Assembly (NCBI RefSeq): GCF_009734345.1
Contig: NZ_CP032551.1
Span: 2,370,001 to 2,402,000, forward strand
Length of the DNA stretch: 32,000 nt
Reading direction: 5' to 3'
Source of the DNA: Pseudidiomarina andamanensis
GTDB lineage: Bacteria > Pseudomonadota > Gammaproteobacteria > Enterobacterales > Alteromonadaceae
Every line of letters starts with the position of its first letter. Within the stretch, counting starts at the first letter, position 1. The position numbers were made by a program, and so were the translations under genes. The notes under the pieces were generated by a model, which was not told the origin of the DNA, did no database searches, and saw only the letters and a program-made list of their open reading frames with translations. Below are positions 25,922 to 32,000 of the stretch, one piece after another.

Positions 25922-27361
25922 ATGAACCTTTCTCAAAAAACCACAAGTGGAATTATTTGGAACTTTTTCGAGCAATTTGCTCGAAGAGGTTTTGGAGTTC
26001 TAGTTACGCTCGTACTTGCTTATTTTCTAACGCCGGAAGATTATGGTCTAGTAGCAATGATGGCGGTGTTTCTGGCATTAGGTTCTTCGTTAATGCAATC
26101 GGGCTTCAGCCAGGCATTAATAAGAATGCCTGATGTCACTCAGACAGATTACAACACAGCATTTTTTGCCAACATTGTGCTCGGTATTGTTGCTTATGCA
26201 TTATTATTTTTAATCGCACCTTTAATTTCCGTTTTTTATGAAGAGCCACAATTAACTTTACTCATTCGAGTAGCGTCCTTATCGATTGTGATTAGCTCAT
26301 TTCAAGTGGTTCAACAAGCTAGTTTAAGTCGTGAATTGAACTTTAAAGCTCAAGTGAAGGCTGTATTGCCTGCCAGTATCATTTCTGGTGTTATTGCTGT
26401 TTGGTTTGCCTACTTAGATTTTGGAGTCTGGGCTCTTGTAGGGCAAATGATATTGGCTTCGCTTTTACAGACATTGTTTCTATGGTTGGTTCAAGGCTGG
26501 CGCCCTACGAAAGATTTTTCGCTACCCGCGTTAAAAGATATGTATAGTTTTGGATACAAGCTTTTTCTTTCCGGAGTTCTGGATACTATTTTTCAAAATT
26601 TATATGTAGTCGTCATTGCTAAAATATTCTCCGCACCCATTGCAGGCCTTTATTTTTTTGCTAATCAAATAAAGCAAATTGTTATTGCGCAACTCGTTTC
26701 ATCAGTACAAGCGGTAACTTATCCAGCGTTGTCCAAACTCAATACGGATGATGAAATCTTACGTCGTGGTTATAGTCGAGTCATCCGCGCCATAACGTTT
26801 ATCGTTTTCCCAGCTTTAGCTTTTCTGGCTGTACTAGCCGAACCTATATTTTCTATCTTCTTACCTGACAAGTGGTTTGCAGCTGCATCTTATCTACAAT
26901 TAATGTGTTTGGCGTCATTTTTGATACCAGTTCATTCGGTAAACCTGAATATATTGAAAGTCAAAGGTAGGTCAGATTTATTCTTGCTTTTAGAAGTACT
27001 AAAGAAAACCGTCGCAATAGTAATCATGGCGATCAGTCTTCAAGGGGGAATCTATGGGTTATTGGTGGGTCAGATTATTACTTCGGTGATTGTGTTCATT
27101 CCGAATAGTTATTTTTCAAAAAAGTTAATTGGCTATGGTGTATATAGCCAGTTGGGGGACTTTGGCTTTTATGGCTTTTCAGCTGCTGCTGTATCAGTGA
27201 GTACCTTGTTACTTAGTAATTATTATAATGTTGGAGATTTCACCCTGATTTTAATAGGTCTTCCAACCATGATAGTTCTGTATTTTGGGGCTTGTTTCCT
27301 ATTTAAGAAAAGTGATTTGACGATGATGGCTCAACTGTTGAAACCGTCGAAACGAAATTAA
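25922..27361 (+). CDS. wzx: Polysaccharide flippase (Wzx; MOP/PST family)
   Basis: 479 aa with about 12-14 TM segments and N-terminus GIIWNFFEQFARRGFGVLVTLVLAYFLTPEDYGL, typical of PST-family flippases. Confidence 0.8.
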   Translation: MNLSQKTTSGIIWNFFEQFARRGFGVLVTLVLAYFLTPEDYGLVAMMAVFLALGSSLMQSGFSQALIRMPDVTQTDYNTAFFANIVLGIVAYALLFLIAPLISVFYEEPQLTLLIRVASLSIVISSFQVVQQASLSRELNFKAQVKAVLPASIISGVIAVWFAYLDFGVWALVGQMILASLLQTLFLWLVQGWRPTKDFSLPALKDMYSFGYKLFLSGVLDTIFQNLYVVVIAKIFSAPIAGLYFFANQIKQIVIAQLVSSVQAVTYPALSKLNTDDEILRRGYSRVIRAITFIVFPALAFLAVLAEPIFSIFLPDKWFAAASYLQLMCLASFLIPVHSVNLNILKVKGRSDLFLLLEVLKKTVAIVIMAISLQGGIYGLLVGQIITSVIVFIPNSYFSKKLIGYGVYSQLGDFGFYGFSAAAVSVSTLLLSNYYNVGDFTLILIGLPTMIVLYFGACFLFKKSDLTMMAQLLKPSKRN

Positions 27362-27438
27362 GCCGTGGCTTTCGTAAAATTTTCCATGAGGCCTAATTTG
27401 ACTGATAGTCACACAGATCATAATAGAATGAGAGTTGA

Positions 27439-28461
27439 ATGAGTAAAAGCGAATCTAAAGATGTCGATATTAAGTGCGTCGATACCCCGAAGCTAATTAC
27501 GGATCAGTATTGGATTACTAATGACGCTCCGCCACTTGTAACGATTTCATGTACGACATTTAATCAAAAGCATTTTATTGGGAAATGCATCGAGAGCTTT
27601 TTGAGTCAGAAAACAACGTTTAAGATTGAGATTCTCATCTATGATGACGCCTCTGATGATGGCACATCTGAAATCGTACGCCAGTATCAAGAACGTTTTC
27701 CTACTTTGATTAAGACGTTCATTCAAGAAGAAAACCAATTCTCACAGGGGCGTAACGTAAATATAGCCAATTTTAGTTCAGCCCAAGGCAAATTTATTGC
27801 GCTATGCCACGGCGATGATTACTGGTGCTCAGCTGATAAGTTGCAAAGTCAGGTTGAAGCGATGAACAAATTCGATGTTGACATATCTGGTCATGCTGCC
27901 ATCAAAGTAGACGTGAATGATCGTATTCTAGATGGCTTGACTGGTTATCAGGTAAACAAAGTCAAGTACTTTTCTTTTAGGAGTTTAATCGAGAACAATG
28001 GGAACATGTTACCATTTGGCTCAATTATGATTACTGAAAAAGCTAAATCTCGAATGCTTGAATATATGCCACCAGTCACTTTTCATACCGGTATTCAAAT
28101 GCTTGGTGCTTTAGATAAAGGGTTAATCGTACTTCCTGATGTTTTGAGCGCGTACAGAATTGACGTACCAGGCTCTACTACAGAGATTCTACTAAAAGAT
28201 ATCAAACGCGTGGAAAATACAACATTAAGGCGTGTTACAAGTTTTAAGTTCCTCCGAAAACTTTCCAATAGAAGTTATATGAGCGCATTTAATAAGTTGC
28301 TAGCCAAACAGGTTTTACAAGGGAAGCAATTAAGGATTAGTTCTCGGCTTATTGTTTTGCGGGCAGTTCTAGAAAATGAGTCGATCGCAAGTAGGGTAGA
28401 AATTATTATTTTGTTAGTGGCGCACTCTTTTAAAAAAATCGCTAGGTTAATTGTGCGATGA
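27439..28461 (+). CDS. Glycosyltransferase family 2
   Basis: It contains LVTISCTTFNQKHFIGKCIESFLSQ...EILIYDDASDDGT and HGDDYW (DxD-like). Confidence 0.75.
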   Translation: MSKSESKDVDIKCVDTPKLITDQYWITNDAPPLVTISCTTFNQKHFIGKCIESFLSQKTTFKIEILIYDDASDDGTSEIVRQYQERFPTLIKTFIQEENQFSQGRNVNIANFSSAQGKFIALCHGDDYWCSADKLQSQVEAMNKFDVDISGHAAIKVDVNDRILDGLTGYQVNKVKYFSFRSLIENNGNMLPFGSIMITEKAKSRMLEYMPPVTFHTGIQMLGALDKGLIVLPDVLSAYRIDVPGSTTEILLKDIKRVENTTLRRVTSFKFLRKLSNRSYMSAFNKLLAKQVLQGKQLRISSRLIVLRAVLENESIASRVEIIILLVAHSFKKIARLIVR

Positions 28462-28958
28462 AATGGTACGTCATCCGCACCAAGCCGCGGCAAGAACAAC
28501 GCGCATTGGTGAACCTTGAGAATCAAGATATAGAGGCCTATTTGCCGCAAATTACGGTTGGCAAAGTACGCCGGGGTAAGCGTGTGCCGGTAACCGAAGC
28601 GTTGTTTCCTGGCTATATCTTTGCGCAGTTGGATGACTTTGCTGGTCGCTTCCATAAAATCCGTAGCACTTTTGGCGTACAGAAATTGTTATTGTTTGGT
28701 GATAAGCCTGCGACAGTTCCTGACGCACTAATTGACGAATTAAAAACGCTTGAACATGATCCAATCACGCAAACAACAGCAGAACACCAGGCATCACCTC
28801 AAGTTGGCGATCAAGTAGAAATAGCCAACGGTCCGTTTGCTGGGTTTATCGCGAAGATCATTGATTTAGATGGAGATTCTCGTTGTATTGTTCTGCTCGA
28901 TTGGTTACAAAAAGACGTACAAGCCTCGTTTTCGTATACTGAATTGAAAAAAATTTAA
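28458..28958 (+). CDS. rfaH: Transcription antiterminator RfaH (NusG paralogue)
   Basis: 166 aa starting MKWYVIRTKPRQEQRA..., with PLFPGYIF and a C-terminal KOW-like GDQVEIANGPFAGF. It aligns along its length with my recollection of E. coli RfaH. An exact ops site lies 221 nt downstream. Confidence 0.85.
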   Translation: MKWYVIRTKPRQEQRALVNLENQDIEAYLPQITVGKVRRGKRVPVTEALFPGYIFAQLDDFAGRFHKIRSTFGVQKLLLFGDKPATVPDALIDELKTLEHDPITQTTAEHQASPQVGDQVEIANGPFAGFIAKIIDLDGDSRCIVLLDWLQKDVQASFSYTELKKI

Positions 28959-29161
28959 CCTCACTTTAAGTAATAAATGTTTATATTTTACACAAAGAAT
29001 ACTCCCCGCAACCCCGCATCATATAAGCCATTCACATAAATTTAATTTTATTTTGCAGTTGTAAAAATTTAATTAAAATGCTCCAATATCGATAATATAA
29101 ATACAACAATTGAAAGCGCTAAATAGCAGAATAAAACGAGAGTTTGCGCAAGGAGCAAAGT

Positions 29162-29190
29162 GGGAGCTGTAACCTAAGGGCGGTAGCGTG
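29162..29190 (+). promoter_or_regulatory. JUMPStart element containing an ops site (RfaH recruitment site)
   Basis: Sequence is GGGAGCTGTAACCTAAGGGCGGTAGCGTG. The last 12 nt (29179-29190) equal the E. coli ops GGCGGTAGCGTG (consensus GGCGGTAGnnTG). The preceding GGGAGCTGTAA resembles the JUMPStart GGTAGCTGTAAAG block. It lies 110 nt upstream of the yjbE-like ATG. Confidence 0.78.
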
Positions 29191-29299
29191 TCTGAAGGCC
29201 ACCCAAGGCACTGCATAAATATCACACAATTCCGTTGCTAATTTTCTCCGGCCTGCTATTCTTTCATCAGCATTTAAATTCATTTAGGGACAACAACAC

Positions 29300-29578
29300 A
29301 TGACAAAATTGACTTCGTCTTTCGTTGCATTAACTGCAGCCGTTGCTTTCGCAGCAACACCTATGGCATTAGCGAACCCTGAGCCAGCACCGAAACCGGT
29401 TCAGGCTTCAGCTGCAGCACCACAAGCAGGTGCCGCTGCAGGTGGCGCAGCCGCTGGTGGCGCAATTGGTGGTATGACCATCGCTGCCGTTGCTGCAGTC
29501 GCAGTGACCGTTGGTGTTGTTGCTACCGTCGCAACCAATGACGACGACGAAACCCCAACCACGGTGACGAACAACTAA
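29300..29578 (+). CDS. yjbE: YjbE/GfcA-like small secreted/membrane protein (module 2)
   Basis: It has a signal peptide MTKLTSSFVALTAAVAFAATPMALA, an Ala/Gly-rich stretch, a hydrophobic stretch IAAVAAVAVTVGVVATVAT, then NDDDE and a Thr-rich tail. The architecture is the same as ORF 4782-5060. Confidence 0.7.
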   Translation: MTKLTSSFVALTAAVAFAATPMALANPEPAPKPVQASAAAPQAGAAAGGAAAGGAIGGMTIAAVAAVAVTVGVVATVATNDDDETPTTVTNN

Positions 29579-29581
29579 ACT

Positions 29582-30970
29582 GTGATAAAGCAATTCAAAA
29601 CGGCCACTTCTTTAAGTGGCCTTTTTTATGGTTGTTTGGCGGTAGCGGCTATAACCACTCTTTCAGGTTGTAGCTTAATGCGTTCAACCCAGGTGCTGGA
29701 TGAATCTGCCAGTGCTGCCTCGCAAAGTTTGTACTATGCAATTGCGGGTCAACCTGACGTTGAACTGACCGAACAGGAAATTGCCGATCTGCCATACGCG
29801 GCCAACTATGTGGAATTTGATGATCAAGCGCGTGCGCTGATTGTACTTGGTTATGACGATAATCATTCGCTGCAATGGGTATCGGCAAACAATGAAGTGC
29901 TTACCACCAGTTTCGCTGGGCGAGTCATTCGCACCGATAGCTTACTGAGTAATCTTGAACACGTTGCTGATTCTGAAACAGACCCACTGCACTGCATTCA
30001 GTTTGCACCATCGCTTGCGCAAGCACAGCGGTGTAACAACACGTGGCGGCGTACAATTACTACCGAGCACAATGGGCAATTCAGTCAGTGGTTGGTAGAT
30101 ACCATATTTCAAGTTGAAGAAACGCAAGCGAATCGTATCGTTCGTGAGTATGGCGCCGCAGAGCTCTTGTCGGCGAGCGCTGATACGAGAGAGCCAACGA
30201 CGATTTCAATTTCCAATACCTTTGAATATGCAAAGTATAACGACACCTTTCGGCCGGTAGAGTTAACCCAATGGATTAGTCCTGAGTTGGGTATGTTGCA
30301 GCAGCAAGAGGTCAAGGTATATGGTGAATACCTGTCAAATGACGGTAAAAACCTGTCAAAAGACAGGTTTTTGCAAGATCAGCTATTCAGCCAGCCACCG
30401 CAACTCACAAATCAGCAGATGTGGGTGCGCATTGAACGTAGCAATGGCACCAAAGTGGATATCGTCACCGATGATGAGCCGCGCATGAGTCAGTTACTTG
30501 ATGCCGTGCCAACAGCGCAATCGGTGATGTGGCCGCAAACAAAGATCAGCAGCCCGGCACTGAAACAACAATTTGAAGCGCGTAAGCAAGGTATGTATGT
30601 GCGCTTAAAAATGCTCGCGCAAACATACCGATATGATGGCGAAGCTGAGCTTGCGTCAAAATCTGGCGCACTAGCTGATGACTTTTTGACCTGGCCTTTA
30701 AAGCCAAGTTACGTCACTGATTTTTCACGCGCGAAGGCGCGACAGGATTTGTCGCAGAACCCGCTTCTAAACCATGCGCAGGTTGGCGAGCATCGCTTAA
30801 ACAATGAGCCGCATTACACCATTACTCTAAGCGCACACTATAACCAAAAGCAGTTGCCGGCCTTACCAATTGCTGATTATGAATTGCCGAAAGGCTTTCG
30901 TGATGTGAATCAGCAATTACGATTGTTTATGCAATACTGGCACTTTACTGAAGCAGCAGGGCAGCACTAG
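29582..30970 (+). CDS. yjbF: Fusion protein: YjbF/GfcB-like lipoprotein (N-terminal, about aa 1-265) plus YjbG/GfcC-like domain (C-terminal, about aa 270-462)
   Basis: It has a lipobox LSGC. The N-terminal half is paralogous to ORF 5131-5949 (EIADLPYAANYVEFDD..LGYDDNH). The C-terminal half resembles the N-terminal YjbG-like part of ORF 5946-8996 (V.I......RMSQLL......WP, NPLL). The GTG start is uncertain because a terminator hairpin lies in codons 7-16. Confidence 0.68.
   Translation: MIKQFKTATSLSGLFYGCLAVAAITTLSGCSLMRSTQVLDESASAASQSLYYAIAGQPDVELTEQEIADLPYAANYVEFDDQARALIVLGYDDNHSLQWVSANNEVLTTSFAGRVIRTDSLLSNLEHVADSETDPLHCIQFAPSLAQAQRCNNTWRRTITTEHNGQFSQWLVDTIFQVEETQANRIVREYGAAELLSASADTREPTTISISNTFEYAKYNDTFRPVELTQWISPELGMLQQQEVKVYGEYLSNDGKNLSKDRFLQDQLFSQPPQLTNQQMWVRIERSNGTKVDIVTDDEPRMSQLLDAVPTAQSVMWPQTKISSPALKQQFEARKQGMYVRLKMLAQTYRYDGEAELASKSGALADDFLTWPLKPSYVTDFSRAKARQDLSQNPLLNHAQVGEHRLNNEPHYTITLSAHYNQKQLPALPIADYELPKGFRDVNQQLRLFMQYWHFTEAAGQH
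29602..29627 (+). terminator. Rho-independent terminator after yjbE-like gene 2
   Basis: GGCCACTT-CTTT-AAGTGGCC is a perfect 8-bp stem followed by TTTTTT. It starts 24 nt after the yjbE-like stop. Confidence 0.78.
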
Positions 30971-32000
30971 ATGGCATTAACCAGCTCAGCTTTGGTGATA
31001 TTAGCAAGTAGTGCTTGGCAACCCGTTAGCTTTCAGCCTGAAACAGTTAACCAGAGTGACTTCGGTGGCGTGGGGTTAATGCAGACACCAACCGCTCGTA
31101 TGCATGATGAAGGTGAATTTTCGCTAAATTACGTAGATAACGAACAATTTCGTCGCATGTCGGTAAGCTTGCAGGTGTTTCCATGGTTGGAAGCGACGGC
31201 GCGATATACAGATGAGCGTGAACAGATATGGGGTGGTGGTGTCGAATTTAGCAATAATCAAACTTATAAAGATAAAGGGTTTGATGCAAAATTTAGGTTG
31301 TTACAAGAGAGTGAGTACTTACCGCAGGTTTCGCTAGGTATGCGTGACATGGGCGGTACCGGTTTATATGCTGCGGAATACGTCGTTGCAAGTAAACGCC
31401 TTGGTGATTTTGATATGAGCCTAGGAATGGGATGGGGATATTTAGGCCGGCGCGACAATATTTCCAATCCATTTTGTGAAATAGTTGATAAGTTTTGCGA
31501 GCGTCCTGTCCATGTAGACGCTGGCGGCGGTGACTTCGAAATCAAAGAAATGTTTCGCGGTCCGGCAGCTATGTTTGGTGGCCTACAATATCAAACACCG
31601 TGGCCACAACTTCAATTGATGGCAGAATACGACTCGAATGATTACGGTCAAGATCGCGTCGAAACGCCCATTCAAGTCGACAGCCCATGGAACTTCGGTG
31701 CGAACTACGCGGTATCTGAATACCTGAACTTAAAACTCAGTTATCAACGTGGTAACACGCTTATGTTTGGGGCAACCTTCCATTTCAATTTGGCGACGAT
31801 TAGCCAAGCCAAGTACGAGCCAGCGCCACAAAAGGTCGGTTACAGCGAAACGCGCGAACTCAGCCAAGTTGATTACGAACGATTAAGCCAAGATTTACTG
31901 CGCGAAGCTGGCTATAAAGTGCATGCGGTTGAGGCAAATAAAACCCAACAACGCGTAACGCTCTACACCACACAAACGCGGTACCGCAATAGCGAGCAGG
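30971..32000 (+). CDS. yjbH: YjbH/GfcD-like outer-membrane protein (module 2), 3'-truncated by the window edge
   Basis: This ORF is not in the supplied track because it has no stop in the window. I translated it by hand from ATG 30971 and found it open to nt 32000. It reads MALTSSALVILASSAW...SDFGGVGLMQTPTARMHDEGEFSLNY...LQVFPWLEATARYTD...GWGYLG..NPFCE...YQRGNTLMFG. It is collinear with aa 339 onward of ORF 5946-8996. Confidence 0.82.
   Translation, partial: MALTSSALVILASSAWQPVSFQPETVNQSDFGGVGLMQTPTARMHDEGEFSLNYVDNEQFRRMSVSLQVFPWLEATARYTDEREQIWGGGVEFSNNQTYKDKGFDAKFRLLQESEYLPQVSLGMRDMGGTGLYAAEYVVASKRLGDFDMSLGMGWGYLGRRDNISNPFCEIVDKFCERPVHVDAGGGDFEIKEMFRGPAAMFGGLQYQTPWPQLQLMAEYDSNDYGQDRVETPIQVDSPWNFGANYAVSEYLNLKLSYQRGNTLMFGATFHFNLATISQAKYEPAPQKVGYSETRELSQVDYERLSQDLLREAGYKVHAVEANKTQQRVTLYTTQTRYRNSEQ

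Noticed and set aside
10218-28457. The low-GC blocks were considered as a mobile genomic island or prophage remnant.
   Set aside because: I found no integrase, transposase, tRNA attachment site or flanking direct repeats. The content is entirely polysaccharide biosynthesis, which is better explained by cassette replacement through homologous recombination.
28959-29161. Possible sigma70 promoter for the module-2 operon, e.g. TTAAAA-17 nt-TATAAA around 29078-29106.
   Set aside because: Several equally weak hexamer pairs exist in this AT-rich stretch, so no single one can be supported without TSS data.
190-31545. Many 60-185-aa ORFs in the track lie antisense to, or out of frame with, the large genes. 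Examples are 190-414(-), 755-1099(+), 990-1247(-), 1616-2026(-), 4288-4683(-), 4850-5173(-), 6099-6650(-), 6578-6982(-), 18950-19369(-), 24374-24730(-), 25595-25918(+), 28275-28655(-), 29649-29888(-) and 31264-31545(-).
   Set aside because: Each lies entirely within a longer ORF that has clear family motifs. Their translations are low-complexity or Cys/Arg-rich shadow-frame products with no recognisable motifs or RBS.
1-32000. I looked for CRISPR arrays, rRNA/tRNA genes and toxin-antitoxin or other defence-type small gene pairs.
   Set aside because: There are no regularly spaced direct repeats, no tRNA-like or rRNA-like segments in the intergenic regions, and no unassigned small ORF pairs. 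All intergenic gaps over 100 nt are accounted for by leaders, terminators or the repeat family.

Overview
This window looks like a chromosomal segment from a marine gammaproteobacterium (Alteromonadales/Vibrionales-like; taxon inferred only from protein resemblance). It has three parts.

(1) 1-3100: the distal end of a type II secretion operon (gspK', gspL, gspM, gspN).

(2) 3113-4629: an MscS-family mechanosensitive channel and a small outer-membrane beta-barrel protein.

(3) 4782-32000: a large Wzx/Wzy-dependent surface-polysaccharide (O-antigen/capsule) locus. It encodes:
- ugd, wecA and a 909-aa Wza/OtnA-type exporter
- wzz, a wzy-like polymerase and wzx
- four glycosyltransferases
- rfbB/rfbA plus a DegT-type sugar aminotransferase
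- a sulfotransferase and a pyruvyl transferase
- a divergent pgi and rfaH

This locus is bracketed by two paralogous yjbEFGH/gfcABCD-like modules.

Most notable observations:
- A palindromic repeat of about 35-50 nt has six copies in the first 4.7 kb. Four of them sit in frame inside gspL (x2), gspM and gspN.
- The two yjb/gfc-like modules carry reciprocal gene fusions: G-H in the left module and F-G in the right one.
- An exact ops/JUMPStart element lies immediately downstream of rfaH and upstream of the right module.
- Strong intrinsic terminators follow both small yjbE/gfcA-like genes.
- Two very low-GC gene blocks have no mobility genes and have boundaries at gene junctions.
- A sulfotransferase is translationally coupled to the sugar aminotransferase, and no N-acyltransferase is present.

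I saw no rRNA, tRNA, CRISPR array, transposase or integrase. All functional calls rest on reading the translated ORFs against remembered family motifs. No database search was run.
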